Positions 50,386 to 64,000 of a DNA stretch of 64,000 bases are shown here, one piece after another. The stretch comes from Marsupella aquatica. Lineage: Eukaryota > Plantae > Marchantiophyta. The notes under the pieces were generated by a model. That model was not told the DNA's origin and ran no database searches. It was given only the letters and a program-made list of their open reading frames with translations. How positions within the stretch are numbered: position 1 is the stretch's first letter; the number at the start of each line of letters is the position of its first letter. A program made the translations under genes and the position numbers. The DNA is taken from the NCBI GenBank assembly GCA_973895155.1, contig OZ316894.1:17638563-17702562 (forward strand), given 5' to 3'.

Positions 50386-52832
50386 AAGATTACCTGTCGC
50401 CTTTGGAGCGATGGGATTCTACCCGTGCTTGAGAAGTGTCCAAATAGAACTCAGAGATGATTTCCAGCAGACTGCCTTGAAGACGTGGCAGCAGTTGCAA
50501 GCAGGGTTTATGAGTACTTCAGCGGGCAACATCGATGTGGAGGGCAATGGGCAATGATAGTGAAGGTTTTCCGAGCCTGCGCAAAGTGCTCCAAAGGAGT
50601 ATTTTCAATGAGCCCTCGCTTGGAAAAGCTCACTCTGGCGGTTTGCTTTCCAAAATTTGGAGCTGAAGTTGTTGCTCCTGAGCCAATCTTTCCCATCTGA
50701 CCTGGCAAGTGTTTGGTCAGCTGCTGTTTCATTGCAGTTCGTCCAAACCTAGCAGTAGTCAGCAGGGCCATTGGATGGTGCACTGAAATGATCTCCGTAG
50801 GTCAGATCATCGGAGCCTTCCCATATCTGAGATTTGAGAAGCACGTGCTTCAGCTGAGCATAATGCGAAGTTGGAAGGTGCCATGGCTTCAACGAAGTTA
50901 CCTCAGAATGCAGTGACAGATCGAAGATGAATTGGACAAAGGCAGTCAGTTCTGTATGTCCCCACTTGTTGCAAGCCCACCACGCTACTATATCCAGAAG
51001 GATTGTGCAAGGAAACCTTTAGTGCCAATTTATTGTTCCAAAGCGCTGCTGTATTGAAACATCCTGAATGGTGTTGGAGGTCTTCACGACTGTTTTGGAT
51101 TTGTTATGCTGACTTGAGAGCTTTCCTCGAAGCCACACCTAAATTGCCCGTCGTGGAGAAAGCTACATGAGCAGCTGAATTAAGGAGCAGACCCTCATCT
51201 TTGGTCTGCTCACCAGAATGTCTCGACTCACAGACACTACCCTGAGCCTGAAGTATCTGTCTAGATAAGTGTGAAATCGAATTCTTATCAATTTTTCCTC
51301 AAGAGGAGCTCAAAATAAGATAGAACCCGACCAGCTGCTTGAGATAGCTCGCTACACCCCTTGGTGTCAAATTTTGTTGCCAAGGGTTGTAGCAAATGTC
51401 TTTTATCGTGGATCGGCTTGTTGAAGAGCTCACTCTACAAGTAGTGGATTCGTCTACAGGTTATAGATGACCTGGTGGATGGTCCATGTTGGCCTTCTTG
51501 GACAAGATACGCAATTTACTATTCCCCCTTAACAAGGTATGAAGGAGAACACTTGGACATTGATTCTAACCTGTACAGTGTACACATTTTGGGCACATTG
51601 CCCAGGTATCACTATGCGTTGCTCATCTTAATGCAAACTGAGTATACATCCAAGGTTCATGGTATCCCATTGAAGCTAATTGCTGTAACATCTTGCCAGT
51701 AGAAAGTGTTAACCAAAGTGATGCCAAGGAAAGTATTATACAATAGTAGTAGACATCCTCCTGAAACGCGGGCACCCATCAAGGTGTGCACATTTGAACA
51801 CCTTGCAGATCTGTATGTCATCTGCACAGTTTACACATGAGTGTCGTCGTTTTATATGTAGTTTACTTATTTACTTAGGTTCATAGTTTTCACCTATTTA
51901 CACAGATAGGTGACACAGCTCCGACTTTGGCAAGGCCCAATTTCGGGGTCTGAGGCCCATATCTAACTAATTAGATGTTACTGATCATGCATGCTTTTAC
52001 ACTATCTACCCTGTCAGGCAAATGGGCCCATACCCTTTGTGCATTTTACTCCTTTGAGACCTGGTTTCCAGATCCAATGGTAATCCTTAACTCTAAAAAA
52101 TCTCTAACGGGTGCAGATTAGATGTGACAGACACCTCTCTAAACTTTGTGGGCGTAACGTTTGGGATCCCGTCAATTGCCAGTGGATCCCCATGCCTAAT
52201 ACCCATGTTTGATCAACAAATGAAATGGCCACTAGTAGACCAGCCATTCGAACTCAAGCAAGACAGAACACACCAAGGAATGGACCACAACAGGCTGCAG
52301 ACCCAGAGAGACAGGGCTTGCCATCCCCCAGATAACACCTTTCTGAGAACCAAATAATCTGCACCATTAATTTCTACCAAACTTATAGTTGTGACCATTT
52401 ATCTTAGGTACCATCTCCGCCAATTACCACTCTAACTTCCCTGGTTTTGCTGAGTATTGATAGTTTGCCACTCTACCCTCTCTAATCCCACACTAAAACA
52501 ACTAAAGGTAACAACCAAATTACCCCTATAAGTTGTCCAACTTACAATAAAAAGACCTTAAGTTTCAAATTTTACAAAAATACCCCTCCTCAAAGATCTA
52601 GCTAGGAATGATTTTAGTGTGACCAGCTCGGAAAAACAGTTTTTGGATCTCCACCAAACCATGCAAAATTCAAACCCTGGAGCCTGGCCTGCCAGAAGTT
52701 GCCTCCCAACTGCAAGAAGTGACAAATTTGGGCATGTAGGAGGGTTGCCCTTGCCAAACACTGTGAACGGCGCAGAACAACCCATTGTGAACATCTGGAC
52801 TGCACCGGCGGGATTGACATAAGCCATCACAA

Positions 52833-53177
52833 TGTTAAGTATTGCTATTAGTCTTGTGATTCATAAGTTACGGTAACTAGGCTAACCACAGTTAGAATTC
52901 AATTGAGATTAGATTAGTTGTATGTGACCTTGAATATATAGAGCTAGTGTAAATCATTGGGGTGAGCATGCTTGCTCATTGTAACGAAACCACTTGAGAG
53001 AAAGAGAGAGCTCTTGTGTTGTTGAGACTTCGTACTATTGACGAATCTACTCTTAAGTAAAACTTTCGTGGTCGTGTGGTTGCCTTGACAAAGATGTGAA
53101 CCACTTATGACGTCATTCAATTGCAACTATAAGATCATGACTCATCTCATGCACACATAGTAGACACATAGTCGACA
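52833..53177 (+). mobile_element. Solo LTR (345 bp), more distant relative of the other two
   Basis: Starts TGTTAA, ends TCGACA. Flanked by CACAA/CACAG. Same length as the other copies; shares gctcattgtaacg and g.gaaccac motifs with 22632-22975. Confidence 0.7.
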
Positions 53178-53613
53178 CACAGTACATTGTACATTGGATA
53201 GGGTTGCTGACCGGGTGTAGTCCGCCACCAACAAGCTGATCTGCCATTACCCATGCAGTTACCAAGTTGTGAATGGCACGACCTGTGAGACTCCTACAAG
53301 AGCACTCCCACCGCTAGCCTGAGGGCCATGGGTTACCTATCCTACACATTTTCAGGCTGACATATTTCCATGCAACCCTTATTCCAGCACAGCCCTTGAA
53401 TCTGTAAGCAGTTTGCATGCGTGAGATGTAAGCCACAGCCGCGCGGGCTTTTAAAGGTGGATCGTGCGCCAGAGCAGAGAAAATCAATCTGGACCGTTCT
53501 TTTTCGGGAATCTCATGTGGGCTTAGAGCTCAAAGAACGGGATCTCACCTTCTCTACAAAACCCTCGCATCGACAATTTCTTCCTCTTTCGCTCTCGTCG
53601 ATCTACCGGCAAA

Positions 53614-54714
53614 ATGGTGAGTGATCGTCTCGTACTGCTTGTTTTGTGTCGACAGGGCTTCATCAGATATTCGTTAGCTCAGGTTTCGCAGGAAATTATG
53701 TGTTGATGGACTATGTATCTCCATGTGTTGCTTCTCTGCTGCTTTAATAGCGTTGTTCATGGTGGCGTGTTTCGATTGTCATGGAAAATTAATTTTTTTA
53801 GATGGACACTGGATTCTCTTCTGCTGCGTTCTCTGCTTCTGGAATAGCGTTGTTGAAGGTGGCGTGTTTCGATATGCATGGAATGATGTACTCCCTATTG
53901 TGTTTGTTCTTACATGCGGATACGGAGTGAGCGGCGTTGTGGTGTCGGCTGCGCTCTATTGGCTTTTTGGGCACTCGTTTAAGGTGGTGAGTGTGCAGAG
54001 TTTTCGTTTTCTGACCTCAGCCGCCATGAACCGCGTGTGTTCTGCAGGTGCTCTCTAACGATATCGATCTCCTGCACCCCCCCCCAGAAAATGAGAAGAG
54101 GATGCACAAATTGAAGAGACTGGTGCAGTCTCCCAACTCCTTCTTCATGGTAAGCAGCTTGGCATCCGCCGCGCCTCTGATGTGCTCCTTTCTTTCACGT
54201 TGCTTTGCAGTTCTATCTATTCACATCAACTTAGCGGCATGATACACCGGCAGCCGCCACAGGTTCTGCCCTTCATTTAGGGTTTCTGCTGATCTTGGCT
54301 TCTGTTGTTGGTGTACTGCAGGACGTGAAGTGCCAAGGATGCTTCAGCATGTAAGTCGCAATGCAATGTGTTTTCTCCTCGTCTTTTCAATGCTTAGGGT
54401 AGGGACTCAAGTAGTGGTCTGGTGGAGGCTTTTGATGCACTGCCGTACTTACATAATATCAGGACCTCGCGAACGATGTCGCACCGTGTGCTTACTCAGT
54501 TTCTCTTCAGTTGCACCTATTTCAGCATCAGCGAGATGATGCATTGAAGTGTTTCCTAACGTGGACTATCTCCGATTGTGTTTGCAGAACAACTGTTTTC
54601 AGTCACTCTCAAACGGTGGTCACTTGCGCGAACTGCTCTGCGGTGCTCTGCCAGCCGACCGGAGGGCGGGCGCGCTTGACGGAAGGATGCTCGTTCAGGA
54701 AGAAGGTTGATTAG
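53614..54714 (+). CDS. RPS27: 40S ribosomal protein S27 (eS27)
   Basis: Exons 53614-53616 (ATG|gtgagt), 54048-54149 ([11 protein letters not shown]...[15 protein letters not shown]), 54322-54350 (DVKCQGCFS), 54588-54714 ([41 protein letters not shown]). Pyrimidine-rich leader; GGGCT site-II-like and AAACCCT-like motifs upstream. Confidence 0.97.
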
Positions 54715-56249
54715 AATTTTCGTTCATAGCTTCCAGTTTTGACCTTCGAAGTCATTAGTTCATTGTTACACGATGCTAGTCGAGAATACAGCTGATCTAC
54801 GCGAAGAGATTCTCTGTGGCAGATTAAGAAATATCTGAAGGGTTTTGCCTCCGATCCCGGGGGGTTTGTAATTGAGTAAGGCGCTTCTCGCGTGTGAAAC
54901 GATTGAATTGCTTGGTTTGGAAATATTTTCACGATTGTATCCGACGTTGCTGTGCACTGAGTCATGTATATTTGCCATTGGAATTGGGGCAAGATTCATG
55001 ATTGGCCTTTTTCTTCACAGTTCACTATTGCAGATAGTTTTGTTTAAACCAAATCCTAATATCGTAGACAGGCTCGTCCGTTTCTCTGCTCGTTGTGGAA
55101 CCCTACATGTCGGAACTTTAATTGAGCTCAAGATCAGCACAAACCGTAAATGAACATAGCATACAGTCATCGTCAGCTACTGTTGGTAAAGGCAATCTGA
55201 GTCTAATGCTGTCGTCTTCATTATATCACATTTTACTAACTTCATGTTTCATCTGATGAAAGGCAGTTTTTAGGATTTTTCAGTCAATATAGTACTGAAT
55301 GGCTTTCTGGAATCTTTCATTTGAAATTCAGTCCCGCATATCACCGACGTGCTTTCTTCAGTAGCTCTTAAATTTGACTACCAAAGAACTGAGGTGCTTG
55401 TTCATGGCTTCACTTGGGTAAAAATCTAGCACAGGAAGAACTGTTATAGATAGAGCTTTTGTGGAAACCCTTCGCTACATTTTGCACTCAACATAGCAAA
55501 CTTTGCGTAAGGAACCACATCCAATCCAGTAGGTATAACCTCTTGGGACCAACAGGGTGTGCAAAGAGGACCACGAAACCCAGCTTGGGAAGTCCATGTC
55601 GTAAAGGATCAACTACTGCTAAAGGGAGGAAAGGTGGGCTTCTTCCTCGCCAATCAGAATCAGCAATATCTTCAGCTTGGCCGCGACTTACATCTTACAT
55701 TCGGCAGACAAATCTTACATCTTAGGGTGAACAGAGTCTAGAGTTGGTCGACTCTAGACTTCTAGGGGACAATTAATAAGGACAGCTAATATGGATGGGG
55801 GCAAAGTCGAAGGGGAATAACAGATTCTTTTGCAACTTTTTGTTTGTTTGTTTGTTTGGTTGTTATTAAACATTCAAAGAGAGAGCATCCAGAATAGTCA
55901 TTCCATAATTCTTATTTCTATTACCATTCTTTCCATAATTCTTATTTCTATTTACATTCAAAGAACGGGCATCTTCTTATATCTGCTAATATTCAAAGAA
56001 TGGGCATCCAGAGTCGCCATTCTATAATTCATGATTCTATGACACTTCTATCTAATGGGGTGGTTTCCCTAAATCCCCAGCTGTTTGAAACTCACGAGCA
56101 AGTTCACAAATGTGTCCTGCCATATTTAGTCAAACAAGGTAGTTTCCCTAAGTCCCAAGCAAGTTCATGCATGTGACCATGTCCATCTTCAGTCAACTGA
56201 GGTAGCTTCCCTAAATCCGAAGCTTGAATCTCATCTGCACGTTCATGAT

Positions 56250-56900
56250 TATATGTATGTCACATTTTGTACTGATGGCAATGTGGTACATGATTGTATG
56301 TATGTCTCATTTGGTGCTGATGGTAACATGTGTCCTCCTGGGACATGCTCATCGAAAAGCAACAGCCACATAGGTAGAAGTACCAACACACTCGTAAAAC
56401 AAGCATCTATATCGGTAGAAGTACCAACAGAGTCAATAAACAAGCAGCCAAATAGGTAGAGGTACCAACTGAGTCATAAAACAGAACAATCATGTCTCAT
56501 TTTGCACTGATGGCAACATGTGTCCCTGGTAATTGCACATCAACAAGATAGGTAGAAGTACCAACTCACAAAACAAAACAATCATGTTTATGGTGGTATG
56601 GAAAATCAGTTCAACCTATGGGATATCAAATAGCAGCAGTCAGATAGGTAGAAGTACCAACACACTTGTAGAACAAAACAATAGTGTTTATGGTGGTATG
56701 GAAAATCAGTTGAACCTATGGGACATAAAAGCAGCCACCAGATAGGTAGAAGTACACAGTGATAAAACAAAACAATCATGTTTGTCGTGGTATGAAAGAT
56801 CAGTTCAAAGGGCACATGCCACGTCAAGAATACACACTAATAGAACAAAATCATCATGTTTGTTGTGGTATGGACAATCAGTTCAACCTGTGGGCACATG
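56250..56900. repeat. Patchwork minisatellite with recurring ATAGGTAGAAGTACCAAC core
   Basis: Core at ~56369, 56411, 56452, 56548, 56644 and 56742. Intervening segments share aacaatcatgttt.tggtggtatggaaaatcagtt. Confidence 0.8.
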
Positions 56901-59900
56901 CCATGTGACACATAACATAATATGCTGTCCCATTGAAAGGCAACAATATTGTCTTTACCAATGACATGGCACAAAAGCCCCACTCCCTAACTAATTCATC
57001 CTTCAACCTTACTGACCTGATGTGAGCTGCCCAAAATACCTAAATCTACTTAATCTGTTTCTCCACCCCTACAACAAGAAGAGTCCTGCTTTTGCCCTCC
57101 CTGCAATCAAGTTGCGAGCTACACCAGTTGCAACTTACAATGGATCTTTCCTAGGTAATGTACCACCGGTACAACTTTGCCTCACTTCATTCCCATCATT
57201 GAAGTCCATCATAAGATCTAAAATGATATCCTAGACCTTCTGTTCTGCCCAGGTTTTATTTGATTGGAATGTTGCAGGCCAAGTTGTGGGACAAAAGTTT
57301 ATGGTTTCTTAGAAGGGCTACCGCCACTAACTCAGGCAGTCGGTGCACTGGCTTCCACACTGAAATTTTCCGTGCAAAAGAGTAGTCTCCCCTCCACAAT
57401 AGTCGGTGGCACCCTTCAGAAAATGGACTGAATTTTAATGTTTGATGATGAGTTAACTCACAGGCAGGTGTGTCCTCACAAACCCAAAACCGTGTTGGTT
57501 AACTTTGGTGTCATAGATTAAAATTTCACAGAGAAGTTGAGTGGAAAAAAGGGGACAGCAGATTTGAGACTCCCCAATAAAACTCCACTTTCTGATATAG
57601 TAGGTGGCTTCAATATTGAGGACTCTATGTTTTAGGGACGTCCATGTCAGGTTCGGCACAGACGTGGTCATAAAAAGAACAGGCAGCCCTGACTCTGGTC
57701 TACACACAACAGCTGCGGGAGGGGTGCCCGTTCTCCTTGAGGTTTCTGATCGTTCCCCAAGTTAAGTTGACACCAGCAACAGCAACTCAAGGAGAGTCGA
57801 CGCTGGCTACTGATTGCACACCTCTACATAGCGCAAGGCGATCTATCAGGCAGCGACTCTTTGTGAGGAATTGAAGGAAGAGTGCCCCGGCTATGAGTTC
57901 TTTGCCTCACATTTTCAATTCTGAAAATTCCCGGACTCCCGCCATTGTGCGGATCATGTACGGGTCGCAGGACCTTTCATAATTGGGGGTCCCTAAGTGA
58001 GAGCACCGGGGAGACATGGCTGTAACCTTAATGACGTTAGACTGTCAAATGGTTTGCAGCCTCAATATTGAGGCCTCCTAGTAGTACTATACTTGCTCCT
58101 GGAACATACCAGAAAATGCAAACACACATTTCGTTCGTTTTTCCTTTGTTTATCGTGCATACCTTCCTGAACGAGAGACTCCTGCACCAATTGAGAGATC
58201 TCTTGTACATCAAAGATCAACAGCAGTTTTTGATCGAGCATATGGTATTCGCCCAATATGGTATGCAGTCAAAATGGGGAATGGATCCAGCGAAGAGATT
58301 GCTCTACAAATTTCTATTCGGATGTGCTATATAATATTTACTGCTCATCTTTCGTGCACCCTTCTAATTAAGTTTAATGGGATTCGGCGATATGAGTTGA
58401 GATCCATGTCTCAAGAGAATCGAGAAATTGTAACAGTGATCGATTAGAAGCATTTCACAATAAATGACTTCTGCCAACAATTTCTAGGGAGGGGAGAAAA
58501 CAGATATCTCGCAATCAAGTAATTGTTCCTTCTTCTGAAAGTTGGTACTACAACGCTAAGATCAAGAATCTGTATGAATCGGAAAAAGCTCAAGCCAAAG
58601 CCACATAATACTTCCTTGTGGGATGGTATGCATAAAATAATCGATATCATGCCCAAAGAATGGAACAATTTTTTGGTCGATCGGAAGTCTGCTGCTCAGA
58701 ATAACAAACCTCGTCCCCACTATCTTAAGTTTCAATTAGTGTAGTCTATACAGTATATGTTGCTGCGTACTTTGTGAAGTTTTCCAGACGTGCCTCAAAC
58801 AACAGATCTTTTCTAGCCGATATACGGCAGATCGAAGTGAGGGAAATCACAAAGTGTGGAGCCATACCTTGGAGGGAGCTGTGGGGCGCATCTTGTGCAT
58901 CAAGGTGATGGGATACGTATAGGGTGTATACTTCTTTAGTCCATACTGTCCAGCAACCTGTTGGGGAGGAGGCCATTCAAGCAGTGACAAGGTTGGTCTT
59001 GCTTTCCAAGCCAGGGCTTTGGAATTTAGAGGTCGCTGCAGCCAGAAATTTGTAGAGGAGAATTTGCAGTATTCTTGTGAACGGATACTCTTGCCTGATG
59101 AGGTCGGTAGAAAGTACGTGCAGAAAGCATACTCCGTATTACCTGCTTCTCATTCAGACGGATTCCCTGGAGTTTCCATTCATTTGGCCACATCAGACCC
59201 ACAGGTTTGCTGCCTACCACTCTCCAGATAGCCTCCAACAGGAGACAGTACAGTATATCCCAACCAAGGTAGGTTCTCCTTCAAGACGGCCACCTGATAT
59301 TGGAAATATCTCTACCAGCATACTCCGTATCATTTTCCATTGTAGTCAGGGAACAAGAGGGCTACTCCCATCATTCAAATGGTGAACAGGTCTAGAGAAT
59401 TCGTTTAATAATGTCGTAGAACTTGCTTTGGTGCGAGTCAAAGAGGAAGGACAGTATATTTTTGTGCTGCAGAAGCTCCGAATAGATTTTTAATGTCGGA
59501 AGATGATTACAAAGCCTCACCAATTTCTCCGTTGGAAAAGTACTTCACATTAGTTTTGCTCTCCTCATGCAGTGGAGTCATCTGCAATTCGGTTGACAAT
59601 GTACTGCTGTAGTAGGCATCTGTAGGCGATAGAGCGATCGGATATCCCAATGCGCACTACAAGCGGGAGCTGTTGTGATGATTGTGCCCGACAATTTCCC
59701 CAATCTACGCCTCTGATCCTTAGAAGCAATGCAACATCGTCCGGGGGCTTGGCGCAGTTTGTGTAAGTCAGCCTGTCACCCACAGTCCATGGATCTTGAT
59801 GGAAAATTGAAAACAGACTTTGAAGGACAATATCCTTAAATACCGGCCTTCCAAAGCTTAGAGTACAGTACTCGTCCCGTGTTAGATCCCACCTCCAGTC

Positions 59901-60919
59901 AATGCATGTCTAACAGAAAACTTGCAACCGTCTGTCAACATCTGTCCAGTGTCCAATCTTTCTGTCGAAAACTTGTCGAAAGCCGGAACAAATGCCATGT
60001 GCACAAAGTTTTAAATGTTTTTTGTATTGTCCATTTGAACTTTAAAATCAATCATCACAACAGTTATGTTCCACCCCTGATTTTGGAGGTCTTTGAGGCT
60101 TTACATCCTATCTTTGATGGTTTTCTATGTGCATGTTTGTCTAACTGAAACTTTATCCCTCAAATTCTGTACTCAGGATTTTTTTTCAAAAGTGGGCTGA
60201 GAAATTTCACAACTCTTTGTAGAGCAGAGGTTGTTGGTTTCCAGCCTCTAGACAAATTCCTCTTGATGACCCTACCTTTCAAAGTATGTATTCAAGGGGC
60301 TCAGGCATTCACTGTTCATTGTAAGGTTGAGGTAGTTGGTTTTAGGATCTCTAGAAGGTTTTCTTTCAACAATGCACTCAGGCATTCACTTTTCTTTGAA
60401 AGGTACTCTGTTGGTTTTAGAATCTCTAAACAAATTACTCTTGATGACCCTCTTTATACAGTTCATTTTGGCATGGTATGGGACTTTGAGGCTTTTGGGT
60501 TTTTGATCTTCTGGGGTGTTTTCCCTTCTTTTCTCTCATTAACCTGGGTCTCTTGGCTTCGGGATTGTGCCTCACAGTTTGGTAGCTTTTGTTTTTGTGG
60601 CATTATTATATGCCATCATAACCTAAATTGAAACGATTGCCCATCCTACGTTCGCATGATCTGATTTTGGCCCACATGTGCTATTGAAAAAGTAAATTAG
60701 CTTGCGTAAGAACTGATGCCCGGGGGCCTTTGTTTAGGGGCCCTTTGTCTCCTGATTGGTGCCAGATCAGATATTACAGACTCTCTGTAACATTTTCAGT
60801 GGAGTATGAACTCTTTGGTTAGAGGTATGACTCATGTGGTAGAGGCATGGCTTGCGAGTCACTCCGTTAGTGACAAGTGGATTCAATGTCATGCTAGTGT
60901 CATGGCCCCAAGGTCATCT

Positions 60920-61255
60920 CTAAGTCACCCTACTGGTAGCTGGCTAACGTGTGCAGGTGCAAGTGAAATGAATCTCAATTTTATGGAAGTGTTATGGTCT
61001 CGGAGTCGCCTTTCATCCAAGTCACCCTGCCGGTAGCTGGCTAACGTGAGCAGGTGCAAGTGAAATGAATCTCGATTTTATGGAAGTTGTATGGTCTCGG
61101 AGTCACCTCCATCCAAGTTACCCTACCGGTAGCTGGCTAACGTGAGCGCGTGCCAGTGAAGTAAATCTAGTCATGCCGATTTGAGCAGCTGCAAGTGAAA
61201 TGAATCTAGTCAAAGCCCATTTGACCAGGTGCCAGTGAAATGCATCTAGTCAAGG
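60920..61255. repeat. ~98-bp tandem repeat x2.5 plus 40-bp sub-repeats
   Basis: aagtcaccct.ccggtagctggctaacgtg.gcaggtgcaagtgaaatgaatct at ~60922, ~61019 and ~61115. Confidence 0.88.
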
Positions 61256-63156
61256 CACAAATTTCGAAGGCTGAGGAGAAGCTGACACCGTCCTTTTGAT
61301 CGATCAAATGGAAAGTCCATGCTATTAATCAACAACCATATGAAATTATCCATCTATTTACGCAGGGAACTTAGTTGCTCATTGAACTTAGACGCCACTC
61401 AGGCAGATCCAACCTTTTGGATCTTCTGTCCCCACTTCACTATTTCCATATATACTCCGTATGGAAATATGTTACGGGCTACTTATGTCAATCGCTGGGG
61501 GCCAATAATAGTGTTCGTAACCACTCCACCAACCACAACACTTTTTAGCGTGGCGTATAAAATCAACACTGGAATCAGGGATTCAGGGATTCAGGGATTT
61601 CATGATCTGCGTATCTTGATGAGAGTTGGGAAAAATCTCCAAAACATTCATAATCTTCCCAACGGGGAATGTAAAAGAGTTCAATCTCTTATAGTGACGG
61701 GAAGTAGATTGTTATTGGGACTTATTTCTATTAACGATGACTCACATTTACAGTACCTCTGCTCTCCCAAGCCTTACCCCACAGATCAAGAAGAGAACTG
61801 AGTAGATCTAAGGTCCTCTACTTGAAGTGAGCTAAATAAGAATATCCAAGTTATCAAATGGTGGCACTAATACCTGCCTCCATAACAGACGACAAATTGG
61901 AACACGAACTACAGATCAGAATCTCATAAAACAGCGAAGTGAACATACTGACGAGCAATTCTTGAACGGAGTTCAACCACAATATTCTCCTCTACGTTTT
62001 ACACTTTCTCTGTGACTCGCAATCACAAATAACTGCTTCAATGTAGTATGGCACAAGTACAAATTGATTTTAAGGATATACCGATTCGTCAGTCCCAGCG
62101 TCAGATCATACATCTGCGAGCTCATTTAGTATCTCTACATTGCTCTTTCCAGTGGCATTTGTCTGTGCTATCATACCTATAAAACAGTTCAGCAAAACAA
62201 TTAGCTCGTCAAGGAATGACGAGATACCAACTTTACCTATGTAGAAATTTAGTCTTGGATACGGAAGCCATCGAATAGTTTCCACAAACTGAACTGCTCA
62301 AAGAAAAAGAAACATGTAAGATGTCCTGGAAGATAGCCCAAGGTTGCACGGCCAGGACTTCATGACACACCTCCTCCACCTACATCCATCTTCGGTACTT
62401 CAAAGTGAACCCAAACTTTATAAAGGTACAATCAAGCACACCACTATTTGATACGAAACTGTCAAAAAACTGTCACGTAGACAAGTCGAAGCCAATGTGT
62501 TTTCTCAGAGTTCGTAGTGAATCTGAGAATACTCATCAGCAAACAGAATCGCATGAAAAGTGGGCGTACCCGCCTGAGCCACAAATTACAAGACGGTATT
62601 TACAGTTTATATATATCTTGGGACGAGAGGATATCCGCTTTCTCTTCCAACGTGTACCTAAGAAACAACGCATTGGTCTTCATCTCCAGTTAAATGTATA
62701 CAGGGCCTTTCACCACCCAGACCGAGAGTAGAATGCTCAAAACGATTTCCACGGATAGCCTGAAACTTGGAGATGATTTCGAACTCCGGGATCCGGTAGC
62801 CAGCGCTCAGTCGCATTCCTTCGCTACGCAGAACCAAAAATTGGAAACTGTTACACTACTTACAAGTCGGGATGGTTGCATAAGAGGGCCAGGCCTCTCT
62901 CTAAAGTATCCATGGGTCAGCAAAATAAAAACTTGAGCCACAGATGTCTAGAAACCCGGTTGATTCTCAGTTGCGCAGATCTATCTACACTACCAACAGA
63001 GGGCGTTGCAGAGGCACTGCTCATATGGGCAGCTTATCTCGTCTGCGTACAGATTCATTCTAACTCTACTGGGAACCTGAAAAACCGTGGAAATGTGTCG
63101 TGACCTTAGCCACAGCAGGATGGTCGGCTCCTCGCGGTGTACACAGAGAGGCTAAT

Positions 63157-63999
63157 TTAATCTTGCCATTTCGCATCCTCTGCGACCAACTTCAAATGCA
63201 CCAACGCTTCCATAAGCTGACTCCATCTCTTCTCCAGCGATCCAGTGAACCCAATTGACATGCGAACCAACCCAGCCGAGACTCCGCCAGTTCGCTGCTC
63301 TTCTTTGCTCAATTCGCTGCTGGTCGTGGTGCCCGAGCAGGACATGAGTGTGTCGTGATACCCTAAGCTGACAGCCATCAGACCGAATTGGGAGAAATTT
63401 TGCAAATGCCGCATGAAATCGTACGCTACTTCGGTGGTCTCCAAATCCACACACAGCATGCCGCCGTACCCGTAGCCTTCGTTTACCAAGTCCTTCATGA
63501 GTTCGTACTGAGGATGCTCTTCCAGGCCAGGATAGATCACCTTCAGGCCGAGTCTCCTCAATCTCCGTGCGTAAACGAGAGCCCTGTCACAATGCTCCTT
63601 CATTCTTATCCCCAAATGAGGCAGCCGCAGGGACACTTGAAACGCAATTTGAGGATTCATCGTGGGCCCAAGGAGCATGAGGGCGCCCTGATGTAGCCCC
63701 ATCATAGAACTGACAAGCTCCGCAGGTCCGCACACGGCCCCCGCGATGATGTCACTGGCTCCACTGATATACTTGGAAATGCTGTGAAGCACAACATCGG
63801 CTCCCAACCGAGCCGGTGAAATGAGGAGCGGTGCGAAAGTGTTATCGACCACAACCGTCACCCCATGCTCGTGTGCAATGCTCGACAGAACGGGAATGTT
63901 AGAAACTGTCAAAGTAGGGTTAGATATGGATTCGAAGTACAGTACTTTCGTGGCAGGAGTGATTGCCGCTCGCAACAAGTCGGGCTTCTCAATATCCAC
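63157..63999 (-). CDS. MGL: Methionine gamma-lyase (Cys/Met metabolism PLP-dependent enzyme), 3' portion; N-terminus lies beyond the window
   Basis: YFESISNPTL, VVVDNTFAP, PLP-lysine motif HSISKYISG, GLMAVSLGYHDTLMSCS, GLVRMSIG. Confidence 0.9.
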   Translation of the reverse strand: MDIEKPDLLRAAITPATKVLYFESISNPTLTVSNIPVLSSIAHEHGVTVVVDNTFAPLLISPARLGADVVLHSISKYISGASDIIAGAVCGPAELVSSMMGLHQGALMLLGPTMNPQIAFQVSLRLPHLGIRMKEHCDRALVYARRLRRLGLKVIYPGLEEHPQYELMKDLVNEGYGYGGMLCVDLETTEVAYDFMRHLQNFSQFGLMAVSLGYHDTLMSCSGTTTSSELSKEEQRTGGVSAGLVRMSIGFTGSLEKRWSQLMEALVHLKLVAEDAKWQD

Positions 64000-64000
64000 A

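Noticed and set aside
50400-51200. Possible F-box/LRR remnant downstream of the TFIIIC gene
   Set aside because: Only vague Leu-patterned fragments (LEKLTL, FLEATPKL); not enough to support a call.
54350-54588. Intronic C/D snoRNA in RPS27 intron 3
   Set aside because: A C-box-like ATGATG is present, but there is no suitably placed CTGA D box or terminal stem.
56360-56770. Repeat-spacer-like array with ATAGGTAGAAGTACCAAC core resembling CRISPR
   Set aside because: Spacing is irregular (about 41-98 bp), the spacers are homologous to each other, there are no cas genes, and the context is eukaryotic; it is a minisatellite.

Overview
Eukaryotic, intron-containing land-plant nuclear DNA. It is most likely from a bryophyte such as a moss. 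This is inferred from a flagellar radial-spoke RSP11/ropporin-like gene plus a PLS-DYW RNA-editing PPR with very homogeneous repeats. Recognisable genes in order: two long uncharacterised Ser/Pro/Arg-rich ORFs (14-1459, 2636-4759), a dirigent protein with an extra C-terminal membrane anchor, a spliced YqgF/RuvX-like nuclease, a 1157-aa PLS-E-DYW PPR protein preceded by an orphan ankyrin exon, YY1, an RSP11-like protein, a GDSL lipase, a TFIIIC subunit 5 (Tfc1/GTF3C5), RPS27, and the 3' part of a methionine gamma-lyase. Intergenic DNA holds three ~345-bp solo LTRs with 5-bp target-site duplications (TSDs), a ~930-bp foldback element inside a 97-bp direct repeat, a tRNA-derived Pol III-like element, a C-rich/palindromic element, and many tandem repeats. 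The most intriguing lead is the orphan ankyrin exon, which can be spliced in frame onto the DYW editing enzyme. Other leads are the WG-repeat protein and the membrane-anchored dirigent. All calls come from reading the sequence by eye; no searches were run.
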